A DNA stretch of 63,034 bases, the filler included, from Octopus bimaculoides (lineage: Eukaryota), in NCBI RefSeq assembly GCF_001194135.2. It is 4 parts of 3 records of this genome, joined end to end, with 100 filler letters (N's around TTAATTAATTAA, not from the genome) between each part and the next. Parts side by side here need not be neighbours in the genome. Positions count along the whole stretch, not along the records: positions 10,539 to 42,406 come from NC_068981.1; positions 42,507 to 58,637 come from NC_068984.1; 2 more parts are not named here. One strand, 5' to 3'. Each line of letters starts with the position of its first letter. The stretch's first letter is position 1. Position numbers and translations under genes: made by a program. The notes under the pieces were generated by a model that was not told the DNA's origin, did no database searches, and saw only the letters and a list, made by a program, of their open reading frames with translations. Below are positions 40,065-52,268 of the stretch, piece after piece.

Positions 40065-40694
40065 TTGGGTTTTTATCAACGCATCACGTTTGGAAGTATT
40101 TTAACGTGGATGAACTCCGCAGCGTAGTATCTTGATTGTTAGCGGTGTCTATCTTAATTTAATATTTCTCTCTGCAAGCGCTGGAGTATAAGAGCTATTA
40201 TATGAAAATGTATATGTATGAAATGTACTAATATAATAGAAAGTAATTAAATTTGTAAATTTATGTAGACTTTTATTATCTCTCGTACTATTTCAAATAT
40301 TTTTTTCCTAATACTTTTTGTTTTCATATTTATAATTCTAAATTATCTATCATTCTTTATCATTGACTTCTGTATTACTTTTATTCCTGTCTCTATACTT
40401 CTCTATTAATATTATTCCTGTCTCTGTACGTGTTGAAGGTTAAGTGAAATTCACATTTGCTTTTGCTTGAGGTATGTTTAACGGACATTTAAACCGTATA
40501 TTATTTGCCTTCTTCTTTTAAACAGAACAATTCAGTTGACCAATCCCTGAATAAGCGACTCCTTTCAAGAGCCTATACATTTTATTCCATGGAACTACAT
40601 CCCAGAGCATACATTAGTATATATATATGTTTGTCTATTTTTGTATGTAATAATCCGCTTCTCGCACTCTCTGTAGCCATATATACGTATATAC

Positions 40695-40940
40695 TTGCTT
40701 CAGTGATTTGACCAGCGTCTATGCTGGAGCACCGCCTTTTAGTTGAACTAATCGATCCAGGAATTATTCTTTGTAAACCTGTTATTTATCCTGTCGGTCT
40801 CTTTTGTTTTCCGACGGACATCTTTCAGTTTCCGTCTACCAAATCCATTCACAAATCTTTGGTCGGCTTGCGACTACAGCAAAAGACACTTGCCCAAGCT
40901 TTCACGCAGTGAGACTGAACATGGAACCACGTACTTGGGA
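40695..40940 (-). mobile_element. SINE family A, decayed, internally deleted
   Basis: Both halves are recognisable; the internal microsatellite segment is missing. Confidence 0.7.
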
Positions 40941-41478
40941 TTGAGGAAAGGATTTTATAGCATCAAGGATTTATATTGTATGTTATTTCTAATATTCGTA
41001 TTCGTCTAAGTTGTCCATATGCAAATCAATGAGGGCTATGTAATTTTTGTAGGTCATTCTTACTTAATTTACATAAATTACGTTGACATTAAATGTCTTC
41101 TACTTTCCTGCATATGTTTGTGTCTATAACCCTAGGGATTTTTGGAGATTGTTTAGAAGAAATGTCTTATAAATGAAGTATATCGTGTCAGAAATATGTG
41201 TGCTCCAGTGACTTCATATTCTTATCTCAAGATAATAAACCTGTCCATTTCTTTAAATGTATCTCAACTTTGAGAATTCTAGAGAGAGTCGATCATTACG
41301 TCTTCATATGTGGCGCTGTTCATATTATCTGTTTAGTAACTGCGACATATTGAGCAGGCTGAGGTTATTTCAATGAATCAAGAATTTATTCTATATAGCT
41401 TTTGACATGCCTGTATTTGTCTATGTTGTTCATATATTTGGCAGAATCAAATGTGAGCTTAATACATACGTGCACTGA

Positions 41479-41633
41479 GGAGGCAAGCTAACAGAATCGT
41501 TAGCACGCCGCGCGAAATACGTAGTCGTATTTCGTCTGTCTTTACGTTCGGAATTCAAATTCCGCCGAGGTCGATTTTGCCTTCCATCATTTTGGGGTCG
41601 ATAAAGTAAGTACCAGATGCATACTGGTGTCGA

Positions 41634-41636
<3 letters not shown>
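41479..41636 (+). mobile_element. SINE family B
   Basis: Matches the 62675-62900 head and core. Confidence 0.8.
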
Positions 41637-41689
<53 letters not shown>

Positions 41690-41880
41690 AGTGTTTGTAA
41701 GTTTGTGTGTCTCTGTTTTTTCCCTCTAGTATTGCTTGACAACCAATGCTTGTGTGTTTATGTCCACATCACTTAGTGGTTCGGCAAAAGTCACCGGTAA
41801 ACGTACAAAGAATAAGTCCTGCCATCGATTTGCTCGACTAAAGGCGGTGCTCCAGCATGGCTGCAGTCAATTGACAAACA
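41690..41880 (+). mobile_element. SINE family A, 3' half
   Basis: TTGCTTGACAACC...GGTTCGGCAAAAG...AAAGAATAAGTCCTG...GGCGGTGCTCCAGCATGG. Confidence 0.8.
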
Positions 41881-42257
41881 CACACACAAACGCACACACA
41901 CACACACAAACACACACATACAAACACATACACACATACACAAACACACACACACAAACAAAAGAGTAAAGAGTATACTTTTTTTCTATCCCAATCTAAG
42001 CATCTGCAAACGTACACACACGTGTTTGTTTAGCACACTTGCCCTACAAAAATCTCATATTCTTACATTCCGACTTTCTCTAAGCACAAATTCTAAACAT
42101 ATAGTACTTATCGCTTGACTAAAACGAAAAGATGGCAACCTTCCTTATACCTGCCGTAAACATTCTATGTTTTCGATAACATTGCCCGAGATTAATCTAC
42201 ATGCCATTCAACCTTATTCAAACAAATATTTACACAGACAGACACGTACTACGATCT

Positions 42258-42289
<32 letters not shown>

Positions 42290-42506
42290 AATTACGTAGA
42301 GATAATGAAAATTTCAGTTTCTTAAGCGTCTATTGAAAGCCGCTCGAGAAAGAGAATAATTGAAATCACAGACTATAGGAATTTAGAAAGATTATTGTGC
42401 ACTTGGNNNNNNNNNNNNNNNNNNNNNNNNNNNNNNNNNNNNNNNNNNNNTTAATTAATTAANNNNNNNNNNNNNNNNNNNNNNNNNNNNNNNNNNNNNN
42501 NNNNNN

Positions 42507-42764
42507 ATTTGTCAATCTACTTCATTTTGCTTAATATAGAAAGGATTGAGGTAATGGCACTCTTCTTTTAATTTTGTCTCTATATCTTCAGGAGGAGTTA
42601 CCTCAATCCTTTCTATATTAAGCAAAATGAAGTAGATTGACAAATCTATTTTTTGAACCAGTTGAAGACACACAAGATGTCGAAATATCGCTCACTAGAT
42701 AACAATGGCACTCTTCTTTTAATTTTGACTCTATATCTTCAGGAAGTGTTACCTTGCCTTAGGT
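42507..42764 (+). repeat. About 151-bp repeat related to 19685-19985, with a perfect 48-bp inverted repeat (42507-42554 / 42598-42645)
   Basis: Unit starts at 42580 and 42731; shares CAAAATGAAGTAGA, TTTTTTGAACCA and CACAAGATGTCGAAATATCG with the 19.7-kb copy. Confidence 0.75.
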
Positions 42765-43012
42765 ATAATAAAAAAATATTCAGACAAATACATAACAAAA
42801 ACACCAGGACTTACAAATATATATAACATACAGAAAATTGCACTACTGGGCACAGCACACATCCTACGCAAAACACTTTCAATACAGTAACCATAAGAGC
42901 ACCACAGCAAACCACAGCACATACCCAAGGCGCACAGAGCTGCGCTCGGTAGTGAAGTGAAAGCACGTTATAAAAATAAAACTACTGAACAATAATAATA
43001 ATAACAATAATA
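42765..43012 (+). mobile_element. R4/Dong-like LINE 3' end with (AAT)n tail
   Basis: Near-identical to 18960-19200. Confidence 0.9.
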
Positions 43013-43014
43013 AC

Positions 43015-43570
43015 TAGGCACTAGCCCTCATGGCTTCTCATCTTAACTGATTGGAAGTGTTAACATGTAAATGTTTTCTCATGGTATAAAAGATGGGATA
43101 CAGCAAATATTCTGCTCAATACCACAGATTTGCTTGTCAGTTGTTTGACCTTAACCAGTTGAGCATGTCCCTTGATAGCTAAGAATATCTGCATCTCTGA
43201 TCATGAGCAGAAGTTGGGGAGCAACATAGCCCCATGTTGAGAGGAATTCTTTGGGGTTTGAATAATTCACCTCTGGAAACATGGGTATTTTATTCATCCT
43301 TAAACAATCCTTTTTCAAAAACCTTTTGAGCGGGTGGGCTACTCAACCTGAAGAAAATCCTAACTTGTCCCCCACTTGCAAGGTCATGCGCTGTTTATCT
43401 TGATATGAAATCATCATGTCGCGCACGTATGGTTGTGATGCATGTGCCTGGTGTACCCATGTCAGACGGATAGTCATGATGGGTATACTGGGCTTCGTAT
43501 ATTTGTACCCCAGTGTCACTTTGATGGCGTGCATTCCCTCTCACTCAATAATAATAATAATAATAATAAC
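43015..43570 (+). mobile_element. Interspersed SINE-like repeat, 3' portion, ending in (AAT)n
   Basis: Internal 40 bp (CCCCAC(C/T)TGCAAGGTCATGCGCTGTTTATC) recurs at 13806-13845; simple-repeat tail. Family not identified. Confidence 0.5.
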
Positions 43571-43581
43571 ATTATGTCTCT

Positions 43582-43635
<54 letters not shown>

Positions 43636-44578
43636 NNNNNNNNNNNNNNNNNNNNNNNNNNNNNNNNNNNNNNNNNNNNNNNNNNNNNNNNNNNNNNNNN
43701 NNNNNNNNNNNNNNNNNNNNNNNNNNNNNNNNNNNNNNNNNNNNNNNNNNNNNNNNNNNNNNNNNNNNNNNNNNNNNNNNNNNNNNNNNNNNNNNNNNNN
43801 NNNNNNNNNNNNNNNNNNNNNNNNNNNNNNNNNNNNNNNNNNNNNNNNNNNNNNNNNNNNNNNNNNNNNNNNNNNNNNNNNNNNNNNNNNNNNNNNNNNN
43901 NNNNNNNNNNNNNNNNNNNNNNNNNNNNNNNNNNNNNNNNNNNNNNNNNNNNNNNNNNNNNNNNNNNNNNNNNNNNNNNNNNNNNNNNNNNNNNNNNNNN
44001 NNNNNNNNNNNNNNNNNNNNNNNNNNNNNNNNNNNNNNNNNNNNNNNNNNNNNNNNNNNNNNNNNNNNNNNNNNNNNNNNNNNNNNNNNNNNNNNNNNNN
44101 NNNNNNNNNNNNNNNNNNNNNNNNNNNNNNNNNNNNNNNNNNNNNNNNNNNNNNNNNNNNNNNNNNNNNNNNNNNNNNNNNNNNNNNNNNNNNNNNNNNN
44201 NNNNNNNNNNNNNNNNNNNNNNNNNNNNNNNNNNNNNNNNNNNNNNNNNNNNNNNNNNNNNNNNNNNNNNNNNNNNNNNNNNNNNNNNNNNNNNNNNNNN
44301 NNNNNNNNNNNNNNNNNNNNNNNNNNNNNNNNNNNNNNNNNNNNNNNNNNNNNNNNNNNNNNNNNNNNNNNNNNNNNNNNNNNNNNNNNNNNNNNNNNNN
44401 NNNNNNNNNNNNNNNNNNNNNNNNNNNNNNNNNNNNNNNNNNNNNNNNNNNNNNNNNNNNNNNNNNNNNNNNNNNNNNNNNNNNNNNNNNNNNNNNNNNN
44501 NNNNNNNNNNNNNNNNNNNNNNNNNNNNNNNNNNNNTATATATATATATATATTCATATATACATACATATATGTGCA

Positions 44579-45457
44579 TACCTACATATATATGTATATA
44601 TACATGCATATATGGGTACAGGACATTAAAAAACGTAGACAGAATAAGAAACAAGAACATAAAACACTAAAACATAAAAAACGAACTTTTTTCGAACAAC
44701 GAAAGAAAACGAACAGAGAAACGAGACATGCAACATAAAGAACATTCCCTTCATCAGTTGTCCCCTGTTTTATCTACTCTGCGTTTCGAAGGTAAGGACA
44801 AGACACGACTTTGTTAAAACAGTCCTTCCTGCAAAGCAAATTAAATAAAATTTGGAATTTTTTGCGGAGGGTGAAAGTGGTAACAAAAACAGAACAGTGA
44901 GAATAAAACAGTAAAAACAAACGGTGAGGACTGTTAAGCCAAGACGATATGAAGCGGTGAACGCTGGAAAAACGAGCTTTGAGAAGAGACAGATAAAAGC
45001 ACGCCTTGTCTTTTGGAAGGAAGTGGAAGAAAGAAAGAATGGCCGTTGGTCACGTGTGAGCAACGAGAGAGTCAAGGAGGAAGAGTGAGAGAGAGAGAGG
45101 GAACAGTGAAGGGGGAGGAGAAGAATAGGGTAAGGGTGGGAGAGAAACGAAGAAAGGAAGAAGAACAAGAGAGGGAGATAGATAGACAGAAAAGAAATTG
45201 AATAAGTGTGCGCATCGTAATTATTACGATAAAACTTACTTGGAAAAGGATGCGTGGCGTTCGAACATATAATAATATAAATAATATATAAATATATGCA
45301 TATATACATACAAATATGTACATACCTACATATATATGTATATATACATGTATATATGGGTACAGGACATCAAAAACACGTTTTTTTCGTTGTTCGAAAA
45401 AAGTTCGTCTTCTATGTTTTTGTTTCTCATGTTCTCGTTTCTCACTCTGTCTACGTT
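44579..45457 (-). mobile_element. Non-coding element, probably Penelope-derived, with pseudo-LTR-like ends, one internally inverted block and a hammerhead-like motif
   Basis: Direct repeat 44579-44632 / 45323-45376; 44632-44711 is the reverse complement of 45379-45457; GA-rich interior; (AT)n flanks. Confidence 0.5.
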
Positions 45458-46035
45458 NNNNNNNNNNNNNNNNNNNNNNNNNNNNNNNNNNNNNNNNNNN
45501 NNNNNNNNNNNNNNNNNNNNNNNNNNNNNNNNNNNNNNNNNNNNNNNNNNNNNNNNNNNNNNNNNNNNNNNNNNNNNNNNNNNNNNNNNNNNNNNNNNNN
45601 NNNNNNNNNNNNNNNNNNNNNNNNNNNNNNNNNNNNNNNNNNNNNNNNNNNNNNNNNNNNNNNNNNNNNNNNNNNNNNNNNNNNNNNNNNNNNNNNNNNN
45701 NNNNNNNNNNNNNNNNNNNNNNNNNNNNNNNNNNNNNNNNNNNNNNNNNNNNNNNNNNNNNNNNNNNNNNNNNNNNNNNNNNNNNNNNNNNNNNNNNNNN
45801 NNNNNNNNNNNNNNNNNNNNNNNNNNNNNNNNNNNNNNNNNNNNNNNNNNNNNNNNNNNNNNNNNNNNNNNNNNNNNNNNNNNNNNNNNNNNNNNNNNNN
45901 NNNNNNNNNNNNNNNNNNNNNNNNNNNNNNNNNNNNNNNNNNNNNNNNNNNNNNNNNNNNNNNNNNNNNNNNNNNNNNNNNNNNNNNNNNNNNNNNNNNN
46001 NNNNNNNNNNNNNNNNNNNNNNNNNNNNNNNNNNA

Positions 46036-47373
46036 TGGACGAAACCTAGAAATGTGGTATTGATCTCCCATTCTTGACTTTTGTTTGATTTTTGTTTGTT
46101 CTCAAATGTATTCCCTGAAGACGTGTAAGGCAACTTATATGTTTGACTTAAATTTGACAGTCAAATATAGCCTCATACAGAAATGTTGACATAGGAATAA
46201 ATTACAATAATAATGGATATTAGCGGACGTGTTTTCCACTGTTCGAAGCAGTCCAGGAACATATGCGAAGTGGTGCCTTTTAACGCCTCTGTCAATTTTT
46301 TCTTCTCCTCTTCCACATCTGTGAAACGTTTTCCATTAAGGAAAACCCCTTCCATTTGAAGTAACAAAAACAAGTCGCAGGGAGCAAGATCAACTTCCAA
46401 CTATTCTTTCAATTCATAACACACATTCACTCCTGACTGCTTTTAATCTTCCGTGAGCAAGCGAAACAAAAAGTTTGCTTTTTATTCGGAATTCCTCACT
46501 CAAAATTCCTTGGTAGGAGCTCCAGAACAGACCTGTCATATCAACAAGTTTATCAATTCTTCAGCGACGGTCCTCCGAGATCAGTTCATCAATTATCGTG
46601 ATGTTTTCATTTGTTCGGTAGGTCAACGGTCGTCCTGAACGAGGTTGGTCTTCGGGCGACAAGTGACCATTCCTAAAGCGTGAAAACCACTCGTAAACTT
46701 GTGTTTTGCTCATGGCAGCGTAATTATAAGCTGTTTGAAGNNNNNNNNNNNNNNNNNNNNNNNNNNNNNNNNNNNNNNNNNNNNNNNNNNNNNNNNNNNN
46801 NNNNNNNNNNNNNNNNNNNNNNNNNNNNNNNNNNNNNNNNNNNNNNNNNNNNNNNNNNNNNNNNNNNNNNNNNNNNNNNNNNNNNNNNNNNNNNNNNNNN
46901 NNNNNNNNNNNNNNNNNNNNNNNNNNNNNNNNNNNNNNNNNNNNNNNNNNNNNNNNNNNNNNNNNNNNNNNNNNNNNNNNNNNNNNNNNNNNNNNNNNNN
47001 NNNNNNNNNNNNNNNNNNNNNNNNNNNNNNNNNNNNNNNNNNNNNNNNNNNNNNNNNNNNNNNNNNNNNNNNNNNNNNNNNNNNNNNNNNNNNNNNNNNN
47101 NNNNNNNNNNNNNNNNNNNNNNNNNNNNNNNNNNNNNNNNNNNNNNTACATTTAAGAGAGAGATTTGACGCTAATATCCATATCAATGTTATTTATTCCT
47201 ATGTCAACATTTCTGTATAAAGCTATAGTTGACCGTCAAGTTTAAGTCAAACATATAAGTTGCCATACACTTCTTCGGGGAATAATCTTTTAGAACAAAC
47301 AAACAAACAATAAATAAATCAAACAAAAAATCAAAATTTGGAGATCAATACCGTATTTCTAGATTTCTTCCAT
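46036..47373. mobile_element. Foldback-like element with long inverted arms (at least 190 bp) enclosing an internally deleted mariner transposase on the minus strand
   Basis: 46036-46225 is a diverged reverse complement of 47169-47373; interior LQTAYNYAAMSKTQVYEWFSRFRNG...RSGRP and DLAPCDLFLL...KRF. Confidence 0.75.
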
Positions 47374-47518
47374 ATTTAAGTTTACCGTTAAGTGGCTCAA
47401 TAGTATTTCTGTCCCTCTCAAAACTAAGTCCATTATATTATATATATATACGTGCAAACACTCTCACACATACACACACAAACAAACATACAAACACAAA
47501 CACACAGAGAGCTGCTAT

Positions 47519-47640
47519 TTACCAAATCCACTCACACAAAGCTTTGATCAGTCCGAGGTTACACTATGGGACTGAGATGGACTGAGCCCGGAACCGTGTG
47601 GTTGGAAAGCAAACTTATCACGCAGTCACGCCTGTGCCTA
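47519..47640 (-). mobile_element. SINE family A, head fragment, decayed
   Basis: GAGCCCGGAACCGTGTGGTTGG...CACGCCTGTGCCTA. Confidence 0.65.
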
Positions 47641-47879
47641 TTGTCAGTTTTTAGACTGTTTGTGGTCAGTCTGGAGTCAGTATGTGGGCATTGTGTGGTC
47701 AGTTTGTGGACAATACATCTCCACGTGCGGATATAATAAATTTTAAAGATATGATTAAACGGAAACAAACAGATTGATGCAAATATTGTAATATTTTTTG
47801 TCAGTCAATAAATATTCAAAATCACATTTCCACCTCCATCACCAACCCCACGCCATCACTGCCAACACCACCACCGTGT

Positions 47880-48039
47880 AGAATGAATTGTGTGAGTGTG
47901 CGTATGTATCCGTGTGTGAGTGTGTGTGTGTGTGTGTGTGTATGTAGTGCGTGTGTGTGTGTATGTAGGTTTTGTAGGTGTTAGCTGTGAAGTGCAGGCC
48001 GTGGGCTTTATAGTAGAGTTTCACTGTTCATCTGATTGG

Positions 48040-48077
<38 letters not shown>

Positions 48078-48403
48078 ATTTGTACGCGCGCGCGTATGTG
48101 GGTATATGTGTGTATACGTATGAGTCTATGGTGTGTGCGTGTGTCTTTCTCTATGGTGTGTCTCTTACTAGTGTGTGAGTGTATGTATGTGTGTGTATGT
48201 GAGCGTGAGTGTGTGTTGTGTCTGAGAGATTGTGTGTCAAAGTGACCTTGTGGTGTTCTCAGACATAAAAACAAACATACACTCACTTATATACACTCAT
48301 ATACGATGGTTTGTACATGTGCGTGTATTTATATATTTATATTTATGTACATATGTATGTGTATATATATGTGTGTGTGTATGTATGTATGTATGTATGT
48401 GTG

Positions 48404-48457
<54 letters not shown>

Positions 48458-48462
48458 TGTAA

Positions 48463-48493
<31 letters not shown>

Positions 48494-48598
48494 TGCGTGT
48501 ATGTGTATGCGTGTGTTTGAATATATATATATATATATGTATATATATGTATGGTTGTGTGTGTAACATATTGGCTTACAAATATAGATAGGTAGATA

Positions 48599-48676
<78 letters not shown>

Positions 48677-50510
48677 TGAGAGTATACATATATATCTATA
48701 TCTATTTATATAGAGAGAGAGCGCGGGGGTGAGAGATAGATAGAAAGAGAGAGAGAGAGAGAGAAAGAGAGGGATAAAGTATACTCGTACACACACACAT
48801 AGAAAGAAAGAAAGAAAGAAAGATAGAAATAAAGAAAGAAAACAATGAAAGATTTTAGTGTATGTATGAAGTTTGAAGTTTAATGTGAAGTAGTGTTTAT
48901 GAGAACATGTGCACATATGCATGTGTTTGTGTGTACAATTGTGTGTAAAAACGAAAATCAGTGAATGTGTATACGTGTGTGTGTGTGTGTGCGACAGTGT
49001 GTCTGTGCGTGTATGTGTGTACGTCTTTGTGTGTGTGTGTGTGTGTGTTGTGAATACAAATAAACATGACTTAGAAACAGTCTGTGAGATATAGACAGAT
49101 ACCGTCACACAATCATGTATAGGCAGACAAACCAACACCCACCTATACACACATACACACACAAGCATTCACACACACACACACACACACACATGCACAC
49201 ACACACACACACACACANNNNNNNNNNACACATGCACACACACACACACACACACATCCATACACATTCACACACATGCACAATGCCCACAAACTGTGTC
49301 GATCTCCTCATCTAACAACTAGCAATGTTAAAAACATGTAACAAAAGATATTTGAAAAAAAAGAAAACAAAAATAAGAGAAATGAATAAATTAACCTAGT
49401 TTGTATGTTTATAACTTTTTTATCCTTTCGTTTTTCATTTATTTCTTCCCCACTCGTCCTGCTTATTCACTCTACACTCGCTTTCTTAGTCACTCACTCG
49501 TTCCCTATCTTCCATTCTTTCTATATATCTTTTTCTCTACATATTCATCTATCTGTTTATCAATATATCTGCCTAATCTATGTTGATCGGATCTATCTGT
49601 CCACCTACAATAGCTATCTCTGTCTATCAATCTATCACTTTATCAGTCTATCTATCGATCTTTCATCTATGTGTCTATGTATTTATCTCTCTTTCTGTCT
49701 ATGTGTCTTTGTATTTATCTATCAGTCTATCTATCGATCTATCTGCCAATGTATCTCTATATCTGTCTAGCTTTTTCTGTTTATCTATCTATCCACTTAT
49801 CTATCTCTCTGTCTATCTATCTAGCTAGCTAGCTAGCTATCTGTCTGTCTGCCTGTCTATTTCTCTGTCTNNNNNNNNNNNNNNNNNNNNNNNNNNNNNN
49901 NNNNNNNNNNNNNNNNNNNNNNNNNNNNNNNNNNNNNNNNNNNNNNNNNNNNNNNNNNNNNNNNNNNNNNNNNNNNNNNNNNNNNNNNNNNNNNNNNNNN
50001 NNNNNNNNNNNNNNNNNNNNNNNNNNNNNNNNNNNNNNNNNNNNNNNNNNNNNNNNNNNNNNNNNNNNNNNNNNNNNNNNNNNNNNNNNNNNNNNNNNNN
50101 NNNNNNNNNNNNNNNNNNNNNNNNNNNNNNNNNNNNNNNNNNNNNNNNNNNNNNNNNNNNNNNNNNNNNNNNNNNNNNNNNNNNNNNNNNNNNNNNNNNN
50201 NNNNNNNNNNNNNNNNNNNNNNNNNNNNNNNNNNNNNNNNNNNNNNNNNNNNNNNNNNNNNNNNNNNNNNNNNNNNNNNNNNNNNNNNNNNNNNNNNNNN
50301 NNNNNNNNNNNNNNNNNNNNNNNNNNNNNNNNNNNNNNNNNNNNNNNNNNNNNNNNNNNNNATATATATGTGTGTGTATATGTATATGTATATACATATA
50401 TATACATATACATATATATATGTTTGTGTGTGTGTGTACGTACGTATGTATGTATGTATGTATTATGCATGTATGTAGATATACATTTACAGACAGACAG
50501 ACAGACAGAC

Positions 50511-50577
<67 letters not shown>

Positions 50578-50608
50578 AATTTGGATGGATGGAGGGATNN
50601 NNNNNNNN

Positions 50609-50670
<62 letters not shown>
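47880..50670. repeat. Dense compound microsatellite field: (TG)n, (TA)n, (AGAT)n, (CA)n, (AGAC)n with several gaps
   Basis: Read directly; explains the HT/YI/CV-repeat ORFs. Confidence 0.9.
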
Positions 50671-50673
<3 letters not shown>

Positions 50674-51399
50674 CGAGCGAGTGAGAGCAAAATAAAATCA
50701 GTTTGAAAGTGACTGTATGAGTAATTTTAGTCGAGCTATTACAGAGGTAATAAGGTGGGGAAACAGTTACGCTTGAGACATATTTACATGGAATTCAAAA
50801 TACAGATTATAAAATAATGAAAAAATTACGTCTTATCACGACGGCTGTTTCAAGATAGCTATAACTTACATAATAACCATATTCATAAGTAATATATGCA
50901 TGATGTTAAAGGTGTGCGACCAGCAACAAGTCCAGGAGAAATTGTTAAAGTAAGTTATGCCTCTCGTTTCAAGAATAGTGTGGCAAATGTGAGTTGTGTA
51001 GAAGTATTTACAAATATAAAGGTTTTAAAGAGAAGAGAGGAATAGGGGCTAGAGGAATAGGGGCTAGAGGAAGCGGGCGGAAATGGTGAAGAGAGGAGAT
51101 AGTTAAGAGGCGAGACGAGATGAAGATATTGCTTGACAAAGGCCAGACTTAAAAAAGGTAAAGCTAATAGTTGGCCGAAGGAATATTGTAGTCATTGAAC
51201 TTTGCATGGAGACTCAAAGTAGTCATTCACAGACAATAAAGCGATTATCAGAGGCAATAGACATAGAGGCGTGGGAAAATTAAGCGTCAAGGGAAGAGAG
51301 TGGAAGTAGTAGGAGTATAAAAAGAAGTAAGGAGAGAAAAAAGAATTTTAGCTAAGATGAGGAGAAATTATAACCATTTTACATAATGAGCAAAAGTGC

Positions 51400-51950
51400 C
51401 ACAGAATTTATGACTCCTTGAGATTTCATCAAAGAATCGATTAAGTAAGGAGGTCTCATTTAGGCTTAATGTTGTAAGCGATCTCCGACAACATAATTTA
51501 TAAACACAAATGTTAGCATTGCATGTAGTTCCACCACAAACTATAGACCAGGATAAGGTATACGGTATGCCCTAGGACTTGAGATGGTGTGTGTAGGTAG
51601 TTAGGGGAAGTAGATTGTTTAGAAGCCCAATTTGAGAAGTAGCTCAGGTGAGCTGGGTAGTGTCCCTTGAAATCGATCGTACCCACTATCTAGATCCAAG
51701 CCCGGTGGGAACGTGGAGTTGTAACCAGACATTTATATACAATGTTATTGTGCAAACATTGCCCCTTTAACACACAGAATTGGAAGATTCAACAATTACA
51801 GGTTTTCTTCCAGCCGGTGGGCCTGTGCTCAGTAAATATCCTATGTTGTTCAATGCAATCGTTTATCCCGGAGGTGGAAACAGAGATGTTGGCGTCGCTT
51901 CTATGGAGGCATGAGGAGTTTTCATGATCAAGGAGAGTTTAAGTCGGGTT
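51400..51950 (-). mobile_element. Penelope-like element GIY-YIG remnant
   Basis: Hand translation gives CNC*IFQFCVLKGQCLHNNIVYKCLV..., TIDFKGHYPAH, then YTLSWSI...CVYKLC...SLLNR. Confidence 0.6.
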
Positions 51951-52140
51951 TAAGATTATTGCCAATAGGTGACTTGATCGATAACAAGTCCACCTATTGG
52001 CAATAATATTTTATTCCAGGGCCGAGACTATAGCGGCTACGAAAAACAGCGCTTCGATTTAACTGTAGTAATAGTACATTTATTTGTACACACAAGACAC
52101 ACTATATGTGTGTTCGCGCGCGTGTGTATGTTTATAAATA

Positions 52141-52268
<128 letters not shown>

